A stretch of DNA of 63,723 nt, counting the filler, from Lenisia limosa (lineage: Eukaryota > Protista > Breviatea), in assembly GCA_001655205.1 (NCBI GenBank). It is 9 parts of 9 records of this genome, joined end to end, with 100 filler letters (N's around TTAATTAATTAA, not from the genome) between each part and the next. Parts side by side here need not be neighbours in the genome. Positions count along the whole stretch, not along the records: positions 34,412 to 47,767 come from LPNZ01008380.1; 8 more parts are not named here. One strand, 5' to 3'. The notes under the pieces were generated by a model that made no database searches, was not told the DNA's origin, and saw nothing but the letters and a program-made list of their open reading frames with translations. Position 1 is the first letter of the stretch; every line of letters starts with the position of its first letter. Positions 34,496 through 47,867 of the stretch are shown here, one piece after another. The translations under genes and the position numbers were made by a program.

Positions 34496-37400
34496 GCTGC
34501 CTGTGCTCTTCAGTATTTGATGTCTGGGAAGGTAAAAGGGATTTAAAATTTGGTATACTATGTTATATTTAACATATAGTATACCAGATATTAACATATA
34601 GTACATATATTTAACAGATCATGATCATCAGATTTTGGATGTTGTGTGTTCTTTTTTTGCTTTTCTTTGGGTTTATAAGCGAGGATTTCTTGATTATAGT
34701 CCAAAGTAGATGGATGTTATCCATTTCGTTTGTAAGTCAAGCAAGGAGCTAAGCTTAATTCTTGCTTTACCCCGAAGATCGATATTAAGGAAGTGCCAGC
34801 TGAGGGTAGCAAGGTTATGTTCATTGATGGTGGCGACAGCAGCCTTCAGGTAAACAGGTTTTTTTTATAACTCATTTGTTTAACTTTTCAGGTTTCAGTT
34901 GTCTCTTTTGCACCCCCTCCCCTAGAAAAGAAGACAAAGTTTCCAAGGAAGATTCTTGGTTGGTGGTGGGGGTGTAACCTTTTGTCATTTTCGGTCTACT
35001 GCACCTCAATTTTCATGAACAACTTGCTTTTTCTAATAGTGTAGGAACAGTTGAAGTAATTGGCTATGGTCGTACAACTGCTGTCAATGGACGGGATTTC
35101 GACCTCAAAATTGTGGGGGAGGGGATGTTGAAGTTAGTGGTTTTACCCATGTGTTCCGTTTTTCATTTGCTTTAGGTTGATATTTTGGCGGAGAAATTCA
35201 TGGTGAAAAACCCCACTCTCATGGTTTGTTAAAGGATCATTTTAAGAAACTAGGGCAAATGCTAAGCCCACATTGTAGTGATACGATATCATATATAATT
35301 GTAGAATAGCTGCCTATTGTATTACAATATGAACCGAGACGGGTTCTTATCTCCAATAGGACCCCCGTGAAACCCCACGCAGTTTGGCACGTCTTCGTAA
35401 AGAGGCTACTAAAATCAAGGAAATCCTGAGTGCCAACCCTGAAGTAGATGCTCATGTGAGATATTTCCTAATTTGTGATAGTTTCTTTCTTGCATCTACG
35501 GTTTAATTCACCGCCACCACCAGATTGAATCCCTCCTCGACGATAAGGACTTACACGTTCGGATCCTGCGGGCTGAAGTTGAAGAGGCCTGGTCTGAGAT
35601 GTTACAAAGTGTGGACAAACCGATCCATGATGCACTTCGAAGCGCAAACGTTGACCCTGTAAGGGGTTAGATAATACCCGTAGAAATTTTAAGCGGTTCA
35701 TTTTGTTATTGACCGGATTCAGGTTGACTTGGTTGCTGTTGAAGTTATTGGTGGTATGACTCGTGTTCCTTCTATTAGCACTGTACTGAAAACTGCACTT
35801 GGAAGGTGTGGCGAATTGGGGTTAATGGTGTTGTATCATTCTGATGTTTCATGTCTTTTTGTTATTTTCAATCCCCTCTAGAGATACTCTCGACCGTCAA
35901 CTTAACGGTGATGAGGCTGTCGCTTTTGGTGCGGCCCTCTATGCTGCAACTCTTAGTACTCAGTTCAGGGTGAGTGAAATTAAGGTGAGGGGGGGGGGGG
36001 GTGAGTCATTTCGTTTAGCAGGTTTCCTCTCCAACTCAAATACTCATCTTGCCTCCTCTACAGTTAAAGGAGTTTGCTCTGACAGGTGTCAACGTCACAG
36101 TTAATGAGCCTCTTAATGTGGAAGAATCTAAACAGGAGGTTGAAAAGGCACACGGTTAGTAGTTATATGGGAATTGTGTGGTATGTGTCTGTTGTATACA
36201 TTTGAAATATACAGACAGCTTTTTCTAGGAGTGTTTTGTTTCTTACCGTATTTAGTTACTATTGATGTTGAAGATACCCTTGACGTTGGGGTTGGCAAAC
36301 CTGATTTGTATACAGATACTGAAGGCGAACCTGTTGTTACCGGTGAGAATTTTTCTGTTTCAGGTCTCTATGGTGTTATATTTTTTAACATTACGTCAGA
36401 AATTGCCTCTTCTGAAGTTGTTGCTGTTGGTTCACGTCTTTCTTCAAGAAGGAAAATTACTTTCTCACATGATAAGGTGAGAAGTGTCTTCTATATATTT
36501 TGCATGATACGTTTGCCACTATGGTGGGTAGGCTCGTGGTTTTTAATTGATAATTATAGTAACCTTGATTTTCTGTTTCATCCCTTCTCTCCTTCTCATA
36601 CCACCTTTTTTTTTACTTCATGTAGGATATGGATGTTATTCTCACCGCAGTAAGGCCAAGGCATTACAGTGATGGTGACCAGATGGGTGTTTTCCATGTT
36701 TCCGGGATGGAGACTGCTACTAATAAGTATGGAGGAGGGGCACTAGATTGTTTAGAAGATATGGTTATCAATCTGACGAAATTGTTTTGAGATTCTGTAA
36801 TTATTGAATAACAATAAAGAGAAAAGTATGATAATGCGCAATATCTCTCCCCTGTCTCTTGTTTATTCCCACCAAGTTTTTTTTGCTCTTTTGTTGAGGT
36901 AATCTCCAATATTAAAGATGGGTTAGTTCATCTTTTAAGAACTAACTAGTCTGAGCGCAAGTTCAATAAACAAAAAAAATATACATACTAGTAGTTTGAG
37001 GTGTGTGGCTTTCTTTTCTAATATCCTGCAGCCCTTCGAGAATTCCAGAGTCCCCCGTAACAGTATCCCTGTCTGTCCGTACACTGAGTTCTGGCGTTGC
37101 GGTTGTTGATCGTGGTGAAGCTAAGGTGAGGAAGTCCCCCTCCCCCTATGTCAGATTTTTTCTCATGGACTGAAGAACTGCAATCGTTTTTTTGAAAAAT
37201 CAGCATTCTTACTATGGTTCACCCATTCCCCCAGATTGAAGTGGAGGTTGATGTTGAAGTGGAAGTTGAGGAGTCGGCTGATGAGCCGTTGGTCATTGAT
37301 GTAATCGATGCCAATGCTGCTGAAGACCTTGCAGGCAAACAAGTAGACCCAATTGAAGCGGAAAAGGCTGAGGAGAAGGAAGAAAAGGTTGAAGGGGAGA

Positions 37401-39003
37401 AGTTTGAAGAGAAGGTAGAAGAAAATGAAGAGAAGCTTGAAGAAGATATTATTGAAGCAAAGGAAGAAGAGGTAGTTGAGTCCAAAGAAAGTGAAAGTGA
37501 AGAAGAAGTGGTTGAAGAGAAGGTGGAAGGAGTGCAGGTGCAAGACAAGGCAGGGGAAGTCGAAGAGGGCATAACAGAAATAAAGCCTGAGCAAAAGAAA
37601 CAGACCATTATTGAGAAGCAGGTTCAGTCAAAGAAATATCCCCTTAAGGTTTGTTTGTACACTGCTTTGTTTTGTATCCTATACCCCTTCGGGCCGTTGT
37701 GACTTGTTTTAGATCACTGCTATTTCGGGCCCCAAACCCGCGCAACTTACAAATACTCAGTACAGAGCTTCTCAGGAACTGTAAGTACAATCCTGTACAA
37801 TTGTATCATAACGCATCTAGCCTTGGTTCTCTGGATGCCCAGGACAAGAGTCGCTTCGATAAACAAGAAGAAATCAACGCTCTTGAGACCTATGTTTACG
37901 CGGTGAAGGAGAAAGTTGGATGGGGGNNNNNNNNNNNNNNNNNNNNNNNNNNNNNNNNNNNNNNNNNNNNNNNNNNNNNNNNNNNNNNNNNNNNNNNNNN
38001 NNNNNNNNNNNNNNNNNNNNNNNNNNNNNNNNNNNNNNNNNNNNNNNNNNNNNNNNNNNNNNNNNNNNNNNNNNNNNNNNNNNNNNNNNNNNNNNNNNNN
38101 NNNNNNNNNNGCACTTTCTGAGGCTGGGGACTGGGTCTACGATGAAGGATTGGTAGGAAATTCGGAAATTCCTTCCTTTTTTTGGCTATCCAGTTTATCA
38201 TGATTTTCACAGGATGCCAATTTGGATGTGGTTCAAGAGAAGCGTCAGAGTCTGGTAAACAAGTGTGGCTCCTTCATGACCCGCATTATCGAGCAGGATT
38301 TGAGACCTAAGGTATGGTCGACTACATCATCTGTCAAATATTACTGTTTCACCCTCTTTACTTACTTCACATACTTACTTCACAGGCTGTGGAATCCTTG
38401 GAGAAACTCATTATTGCCTCGACCCAACTTGTACAGCGATGGGAGGACGAGACAGCAGAGTCTCTCAAAAACGAGACAGCCCCCAGACTGACTGAAAAAG
38501 TAAGAGGACATAATTGTCGCAATACAAGATATCTTTCGTTTTGCCTGCTGACTTCGATAGGATTTGGAGAAGGTGAGAGGCCAGATTGACTCTACCAAAG
38601 AATGGCTCACCACCAAAAAGGCGAAGCAAGTACGTGTTGATATCTTTATTGTTATTTTTGACTTTTTCTGATTTTCTGACTCTTAAGGAGGAGCTCAAGC
38701 CTTTCGAAGACCCTGCTCTGCTCTCTACGGAAGCAAACAAAGAGGAACGAACACTACAAAGGGAAATGGAGTATTACGCTAGGAAGAAGACAAAGAAGCC
38801 AAAGGTAAACAAGAAGAAAAAGGACAAGAAGAGTGAAGAGAAAAAGATCGAGGAGACGACTGAAGAGAAGGAGAACAAAACAGTAGGGTTATTTTTGGAA
38901 CTCGCGAAATAAAAATGATACCATATTATTTCTGAGTTTCACACCCCAGATTGAAGAAACCACCGAACCTACTGAGGAAGTCAGCTCTGAGGAGTCTTCA
39001 TAG
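34496..39003 (+). CDS. HYOU1: Large Hsp70 (HYOU1/Grp170-type), 5' partial
   Basis: [26 protein letters not shown]|IESLLDDKD; [11 protein letters not shown]; [23 protein letters not shown]|VKEF; INALETYVY; DWVYDEG; EDPALLSTE...[12 protein letters not shown]. The ILSAN and C-terminal motifs favour Grp170 over cytosolic Hsp110. Confidence 0.82.
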
Positions 39004-39395
39004 CTTCGTATTGCATAGTATTTGGAACTGCATATTCCCACAAGGGCATGGAAATGTAATTTGTTGTATTTTATTGACGACCAGAACTACTTTACCACTC
39101 GTCCTCCCCAGCGTCCTCCCGTCCTCCTCCACTCAACCTCCACTCAATCTCAACTGACCTCAACTCGTCCAGTACCGTAGAGATCTATAACCAAAATCAA
39201 GACAAAGAACTGAACCTTCCGACTTTTCCGAAATAAATTCACAGCTATTGCCTTTTTTTCAAATTTTTTTTCTTGTTTTTTTTAACTTAAAAAGAAGAAG
39301 ACGAAGAAGAAGAGTATTTTTTAATTTAGAAATACGAAAGATTGCACTTTATTGTAAACTGGCTGGCCAAACCACACTAGTTTCTCCTTCCAACA

Positions 39396-42300
39396 ATGGG
39401 AGGAAAGAGTTTGCTACCATCTTTTCATGTTTAATTATCGTTATAGGAAATAAAGGACGGTTGAATGGTGACAAAAACCTTCAAACTCGGGAGTTAGTCT
39501 CTCTTGAAGAATACCGCGTACCTTCTTATGCTGAGGAAAAGCCTTCTAAGAATAAATCAAACAGGAAAAAGTATCAAACAATCCGCCAAAAGAAACCCCC
39601 TCCTCCTCCCTCTGATCTGGGTGAACTAAGTAGATGTCGTTCAAATATGAGTCAGGTTGGAGGGGGGGATAGGACCCAGTTGAAGGCTTTCCAACAACAA
39701 CAGGAAAATGTTCAAGTTCAGTGACTTTTATTGTTTTTAGTCTTATGGTTATATGTTTTTGTGTGATCACTGTTAGACTACGGAATCGGAGACCCCCTAC
39801 TGCTCTGTCAAACACTACATGGAAATGGACTTTGATCATGTGGAGGACGATGACCAGAACCACAGCGAGGATGAGGCTCTTTTACAAGAAGCAGTATGAG
39901 GTTTTCTGTCATATAAAACTGGGAATGGGGGGGGGGGGTAATTGCAGAGGAATTTTGTCTTTGAAATACAGTAGTGCTATATCATACTAAATATCCTAAT
40001 TTCATGCATTTTTTATTTTAGTTTTACTGTTCAGCCCCCAAGAAAAAAGAAAGCTGCTGTCAAGTGGGATGGTTTTGAATCGGTCACTTGAAATATTATC
40101 TGAATGTATTTGGCGTTAAAAGTCTAGATTTCACGACGTTGTTGACGAGGTTTTGATTGAAGATATCCCCAAAAGGGCAAGGCGTGTGAAGAAGCGGAAG
40201 CGCGATGAGCAGGTATAATGGAATAGAAACAATTTTTGAGCCAAGAGCATTGTAACTCTCACAGCTCTTCTTACATATCTTCTTAAGATGTGAAATTCAT
40301 GCTTTTTAATCTATTCAAGGAAGCACGGAATAGACGCCGTCGTAATTTGTCATTTGCATCATTTGCCTCTACTGTAGCTACCCAGAGCAACCCTTTTATG
40401 GTGGGCTGGGGTAGGTTTGAGGAGTGAATAACGTCAGGTTTGTTCAAATTCCCTATACTAATTTTGTATCGAAGGATTAGAATATTGTACATGTATATAG
40501 TATGTAATGTGGAATTTTTTTCAATTAAGTCGTATCTAAAGACTTGATTTCCCTGTTTACTCCACAGGCAGCGGATGGGTCGCGTGCAGACTTGGATGTT
40601 GCAGAATCATGCTGGTATCAGACTCTTAATAGTGCCCAGGATAAAGTATGGCAAACAGGTGTTGGACTACAGTGCTATCAGAAATAAGGGGGCGGGTCTA
40701 TACAGCCCGTGATATGCTTGTATTGTTAATTAATGTGCTTGGTAAACGAGGAAAACCCTCAAAATATGGGGGAAATTGCAGAACTTCAGATTTCGCAACC
40801 TCATTTATTTAGGCTGCACAAGATGCTGAGGCTGAAGCTCGCGAATATGACTTCCCTATGCAGCCAGATGACCTTGCTGGTGAGAAAAAGGGTGGAATGT
40901 TTTACTTTATTTGGTATAATTCACAGAGGAGTTATTATTTTTAATATTTCTCTTTTTAACATTTAGAATTGGACCTTGATTTGGTCGAATTTGCCACTGA
41001 ACTACAAGACTGTGACCCACTTCTTCAATTGGTGGGGTTTTTTACCTCATCCAAATCAACAATTTGTAACACTCTATTTTTAGTTTTGTTACACCGTTTC
41101 TCTTTTTCAACAACTTATTCTGTACAGCCAGACCCTGTGTATGGTGTTTCTCCAACAACATTCAGAACTGTAGGAGAGGGGGGGGGGGTCTTTGTAATTG
41201 TANNNNNNNNNNNNNNNNNNNNNNNNNNNNNNNNNNNNNNNNNNNNNNNNNNNNNNNNNNNNNNNACTACGCTATTCATTCAACCATCATGTGAACTTAT
41301 TATTAAGGATGACTTGGTTGTAATTCCCGAAGATGAACCGTTTGTACCAACCCTCTTTTCTCGGCCACACCTTCATGACCCCAATTCTGTTTGTGGAGTG
41401 AAGAATACTAACCTTGATACTTACTCTTAATTGACAGTTTTCAGAAGAGTTTTTGTAATATTTCCACCCAATACAAGCACCAATATATTTGTAAATTCCA
41501 TTGCCTCTATCATCCCCAGTTCATTCGATAGTTTTCTCCAGAAGAACGTATCGACACTGTGCAAGCTCTCACAAAGTGGTCCAATAAGAGTCGTGTGCCA
41601 CATGCTCCTGGGGTGAGAGGATACCTCTAGTGCTTTTTGAAGGGTTATATATGGTAAACCACAGTTTTTTCTTCTTCTATGTTTTGCTTATTGGTATACT
41701 CGTTTTAAATTCCTTGGAATCGTCACGCTAATATCCAGATTCTATTGTGTCGAATTGTGGACGAAATTGTGACTCTTCACTTTAAGAAGTCTTTTGCTAG
41801 AGTAGGTCTTAAAAGCAGGTTGATATTGCTAATGATACCCCCCCCCCCTGTATTATAATTTGAACATAATTAATACAATAATTCATTTAGGGATTGTCCC
41901 ACTTTGCTTATTTGGAAGTTCTTATTTTGAGAAACCTGGGCTTGAGGAAACTAGATAAGGTTGTCTGTCCAGCCCTGAGGTAAGTGACGTTGTTAAATGT
42001 GTATGGATCTGTATTGGTCTTGTTTACTGCTGAGAGTCCCGTTGCAGCTCTTAAAATACTCATTTTACTCTTGTTTCATTCTTCAGGTACCTTGACGCGT
42101 CATATAACCAGATCACTGACATTCGGTAGGGGGTGTATTGCGCTGCTTGCAGTCAAAACATCGAAGTTTTGAAGAGTGCACTATGAAATTTCCTTTTTGA
42201 TGGTTTCTAGGTCTGTCATGTCGCTTGTCGGGAACAGCCCTCTTTTAGAGGTACAGTTTTTTTGTACACTAACTGTCAATACAGATATGCAATTTGACGG

Positions 42301-45300
42301 CAAACCCAGTCTGTGCGAAACAACAGTTGAAAGATAAAGTGAGACTCTCCAATGAATCAGAATGTTGTTGTTGATGAAACCGAGAAAAATATTGTTCTCT
42401 CCGCAGTGTCATCCCCCCCCCCCCCCCNNNNNNNNNNNNNNNNNNNNNNNNNNNNNNNNNNNNNNNNNNNNNNNNNNNNNNNNNNNNNNNNNNNNNNNNN
42501 NNNNNNNNNNNNNNATCAGTCTCGCTGACCACCAAAGGGCCGTTTTGAAGCATGGTTCCAAGAAGACCAAAGCTCAGCTTGGGTCCAAGATTTGGGATCT
42601 GACACTTTGCGATGTTCCTCTCGTTTACGGTGGGTTTTGGCTTAATCTACCTTGTTTTGAAGCATTATTATCATTTCTGAATGCGTGTTTCTGGAGATTG
42701 TTTTTTTTTTTGACCTGAATCCCCCAGATATGGTAGAATGGCAGCCAGATATGATTGCAACCCTCTCTCTCTCTAAATGTGGTCTTACCGAGTTCCATGT
42801 TGCTGAGATGCCTAACTTGCAGTACCTTGATATCACTGACAACCAGGTATGCTGATATTCAATTGCGACACTATTTTATTTCCAAATTTACCCACACCAA
42901 GGTGTCCACTCTTCTACGTACCGGGTTAGATACCTGTCGCCGGCTTGAGCACTTTGCCTTTTCCAACAACCCAATTACCATCACTCTGGCTGAACTCGAT
43001 GTCTTTCCGTTGGGAAGGGGGTTTCTTTTCTGCGATTTATTGCGGTTTTTCTTGTGCTCATGACCAATGTGTTCTGTTTTTGGATCGGAGACTATTAGTG
43101 CTCACAAACACAGGCATCTGACTTCTCTCCTCTATCTTGAAGCTCAGAACGTGAGATCTAGAGTCAAACCTCTTGATGACCACTTAATATGGGCGTGTCG
43201 CAACTCATCTGGTACGGAGTCAATGGACTTTTTTTTTATAAGTTTTATGAATTCTGCCTTGTTTCATATAAAATACATCCACCCATCTAATTATTCATAG
43301 GAGCGTCTGCGGTGCCAGGTCTTGTTGAACTTAACGGGGAGCAGCTTTCCATTAACGACCGCGTGAGATCACTTTCCTGTGATCCAACCTCCGTGGCTAC
43401 ACCGGCTGAATACAGGTTGGAGGTCCAGGTAGATTGATCAAATCCAAACATCAATTTAATTAACCAACTGTTTCGTATCATTAGATTGATGGTTAAGATT
43501 CCGGCTAGAAATGGAGGCATTCTTCCTGCACATTCATATGGTTGAGGTTCCAACTTTCTTCTCAACTGTTACAGGTGGGTGGGGTTGGTTGTATGTATTT
43601 CCTGATGGTACTACCCGCGCCTTTGATACTCTTTTTCAAGTTGGTTATGTCCCAGTCCTCCATCTACCACAGAGAGGTCTTGAATACGCGGATGTCTCTC
43701 CTATGCCCCAACTTCTCAGTCTCGATTTAAGTGACAACAACATTACAAAGGTGACCTGACAAGTTATTTGAATAATAGTGTTAATCTGACGGATTTTTAA
43801 GGCTTGCGAAAATTTTCACATCCTCAGATAATCGGACTTTCAAACTGCCAAGCCTTAGAAGTTATCAACCTCGAGAACAACCCCTCCCTTGATATCTCTT
43901 CTATCCAGCGCTCATTAAAACATACCACCAGGCTCAAGGTTGCATCATTGAGCGTCAGATCCGGCAAAGTGAAAGTTGGAGGGAGGTGGTATTTGGACAT
44001 CGTTTTGTCCAAGTGTCTCACATCAATCTTACATTTCAGGCACTCCATGGGCACGCTTATCGAATCAAGACACTTTCAGCTCTTTTGTTCAGCAACCGAG
44101 ACCTACACACACTTGATGATTCTGTTGTTACATCACATGAGAGGGCTGAGGTATGTGGCTGAGGGATGGAAAATCTTTTACGTTTTCCGCGTCACAGTCA
44201 GTATATTCACCAGTTTCTCAAAATTTTCAGGCTCTTGCATTGACTGGGGTATCGGAGGAGGACTGTCTACGCTATAAGTTTGATATTGCGGTGAGCATCT
44301 TTCCCATTTCTCCAACTGCAGATTCAACTTTACTTTGCGTTATCTAACTTGTTTCAAGGTTATGGAAGCCATGATCCCAGCAAGTGACAGAAACTACCTT
44401 CCTACAGCAACCGGGCCAAATCAGCAGTTCAGTGCTGACTCTGTTATCTATCTTGGTGGGAAGGGGCCACGGTTGCTTTCATGTTAGTTGCTTACACTTG
44501 TTTCAGATGTAGAAAAGAAATAAACATGGTATTTTGTTGAATAGAAACACCTGGCCAATCACATTTAAGGAACACCAAGGTCTCTGGGACTAACTTCGCC
44601 TGTTGTCAACCTCGCCATCTATCACAATTTACAAGAGTTATGTCTTGCTGATAATATGGTATTTGGGGTTTTCTTTGTTTTTGTAACCCCGCTCGTCTCT
44701 CTGCTGTAGTTTTANNNNNNNNNNNNNNNNNNNNNNNNNNNNNNNNNNNNNNNNNNNNNNNNNNNNNNNNNNNNNNNNNNNNNNNNNNNNNNNNNNNNNN
44801 NNNNNNNAAATCATGTTACTTCCCCATTTTTCTGTTAGGTATACCCTGGTATTAATTGGGCGGAGTTGTGTTTGTAATTAGATCATTTTCTTGATTCGTA
44901 CTTTCCGTTCTGCTTATCGAATTTTGTAACGTTTCTGTTTCTTATATTTTAGCCAATCGTCTCACAAATAAGCTGTCTGAAGTAGCAGAGGTGCTTGATC
45001 AACTTTACAGTGGGCTACTTTAGCTTTTTGCTGTTTTTCCCCTATACATAATTATATGATACATACATGTATCTTATTTCATTCAGATCTTGAGGTGGTT
45101 TGTCTTCGAGAGAATCCATGTATGAAGAACAATAAGGAGAGGAAGCAACTTCTGAGTCTCATGACTCGACCTCGCTCGGTAAGTCGTTTTTTTGTATCCT
45201 TTTTTTTTTTTATTTCGCAAAACCAACTATTGTCTCATAATACAAGGTACTCTGTAAACTTCGAATTGTTGACACGATGGTCACGCTAAATGAGGTAAGT

Positions 45301-47767
45301 GTGTAGCACTGCTATTAGGTGTTGATAACCTTTGCGCGAGCGCTATACATTCATTGATTATATTATTTGTATTCACATAATACACCTCAAGTTTATCTCA
45401 CCCCAAAGCGAGTTGAAGCTTGGCGCTCAGGGGGCGGGTCTAAGGAAGAGGTCGAAAGCCTGCGAGCAGAACTGGCGGTTTCTATCCGTACTCCTTCATG
45501 TTTGCTGTTTTTTTTTTGACATTTATAATTTCTTCTCTGACATTATTTATCCATCTACAGGCCAAGAGAACGAAACTGTTACGCGATTGGTTGTTAACAA
45601 CATGCTTCTTGACCGTTTGCCCATCGCCATGTTCTCAGGGCTCAAGGTATATTTCAATTTCCAAACCTTTCTACTCTTCATCACTATTCAGGTACTCCTC
45701 GCACAAGACAATAATATTTCCGACCTATCTTCGATCCAAGGAATTCTCGAGGGTTCTTGTCCTGAGGTGAGTATTCCATGGATAGAACGATACTCTGAAC
45801 AGTGTGCATGCTCCTTACTTTATTTAGCTTCGTGTGTTAGATCTGCGAAACAACAAATTGACGTCGCTTGAGCAAATGGCTGGCTTGGTCAGTCGTCTCA
45901 TGAAATTACAGGTTGGTCTTCACCAGCTCATTTCTTTTCCTGTTTACTCCCAAAGGCTCTCGGTATTTCCGGCAATCCATGGGTGTCCAAAACCAAAGCC
46001 AAGGGCAATCGAGGACCGCGTATCCATCTGCTGTCTCTTCTCCCTTCACTGAGGTGAGCAGTAGATAACNNNNNNNNNNNNNNNNNNNNNNNNNNNNNNN
46101 NNNNNNNNNNNNNNNNNNNNNNNNNNNNNNNNNNNNNNNNNTATGTATACAGCTCACACATTTTTGATGGGGAAAGTGGCTTCCAATAAGGGATAAGGGC
46201 AATAAGGGTGACAGGGTAGGGGGGGTTCCCTGCTGTCCCAAAATAGACCGAATATCTTGATAAAACCTCGATAAATATCGATATTTCTATAGGTTTATAC
46301 TCCTCATAGATCACCGGAGTCTACTCTCTGTACAATTGACGAAGATGTAATTACAGTTGATGACCTGATTGAGGCATGGAGGGAGGCTGGAGCGAAGGAA
46401 GATGGTTGGTTGGGCTGTTTGACTTCAACTGTGTATTTTCTTCCAAGTTTAGGTCCACTTTTATTTACCTCCATAGACCATGAACCATTCCGCGCCCAGG
46501 TTGCCATCAACAGAAGAGTGGGGATTAGTGTCCAGGGACTGCATTCATTTATTTATTGAAAATAAACCCGTTATTAGACCCTCGTCTATGTTTTGTTTCT
46601 TACTTGTTGATCTAAGTTCAATACACTTATCTTCTACAGATAAAACCCGATTTACCACGTGACGAAGTGTTCGAGCTGAACCTCAAGAAGTTCAAACTTA
46701 CCATTGTTGATCTGACGTTGGGATGGGAATGACGACAAGTTTTGAAAATACACCCCTCCTCTCCCCAGCCATTTCCCACTTTTCTATTAAATGTTCTTTC
46801 AGCTGGCTTTATTCCCTATTTAGACCATTCACCTCGCTTCAAAAGTGCTCTTTGTCTCGCAATCTACTTGACCACCAGGCACTCGAAATGGTAAGAATTG
46901 AATCCAAAAATTCCTAGGTTTGGCTTCCATTTTCCCGAAAAGTTATCTGAGCTAGCACAAAAATTCATTTTGTTTTCAAATTCTCATTTGCAAAATTTCT
47001 TTGATGTAACCAATTGAACTTGACATGGGCTTTGTCTCAACGGTACTCTAGAGCGGACTATTGAAGCTACCAAGGCTTCAAAGCTTGGATTTATCGGACA
47101 ATAAAATTGAAAGTCCCGAGTTTTTGGCCAATATCCCCACTGCTGTACCGTCAATTCGTGATCTATGGGTCTCAGAAAACCCTGCTCTGCTTGAGGTGGG
47201 TGTGTTCTTGAATGTTTTATTTTTTTTCTTCTGGAAACTTGTGATAGTTTTTTTTGTAGTATTATACCTTTCCACGCGTTTTATGAATTTAGGACAACCC
47301 CGCATCTCGTGTTCAGTTTTTGAGCCTCAATGCGGACTTGTATAACGTCGAAAGCCCGCTAATGACCTTGAACGGACTGGAGGTAGTCCCCCCCCTTTTT
47401 TTTTNNNNNNNNNNNNNNNNNNNNNNNNNNNNNNNNNNNNNNNNNNNNNNNNNNNNNNNNNNNNNNNNNNNNNNNNNNNNNNNNNNNNNNNNNNNNNNNN
47501 NNNNNNNNNNNNNNNNNNNNNNNNNNNNNNNNNNNNNNNNNNNNNATCCCATCATTATTCTTGACATTAACCTCCCAGGTAACAGTTGAAGAACGGACAA
47601 ATGCGGCTCTCCTGCACGGAATGCCCCAAGATGAAGCTGAAGTTCTTCGTTTGAACTTGACCGTTGAAAATGTTGCTGCAACTGATATGTATGGGGTAGT
47701 TGAGCTCACGCAGGGGCGTCGTCTTTTACACTCTGTTTTAGATATCATATTTATTACATACATTTTT
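39396..47767 (+). CDS. Long leucine-rich-repeat protein with repeated LRR/LRR-cap modules, 3' partial (could be more than one gene)
   Basis: LSLDLSDNNITK; ALEVINLENNPSL; LQELCLADN; VLLAQDNNISDL; VLDLRNNKLTSL; LQSLDLSDNKIES. Cap-like segments ENPCMKNNKERKQLL...IVDTMVTLNE and PGLVELNGEQLSINDR. Acidic N-terminus. Confidence 0.75.
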
Positions 47768-47811
47768 NNNNNNNNNNNNNNNNNNNNNNNNNNNNNNNNN
47801 NNNNNNNNNNN

Positions 47812-47823
47812 TTAATTAATTAA
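47812..47823. other. Artificial scaffold-joining spacer
   Basis: TTAATTAATTAA between N runs. Confidence 0.97.
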
Positions 47824-47867
47824 NNNNNNNNNNNNNNNNNNNNNNNNNNNNNNNNNNNNNNNNNNNN

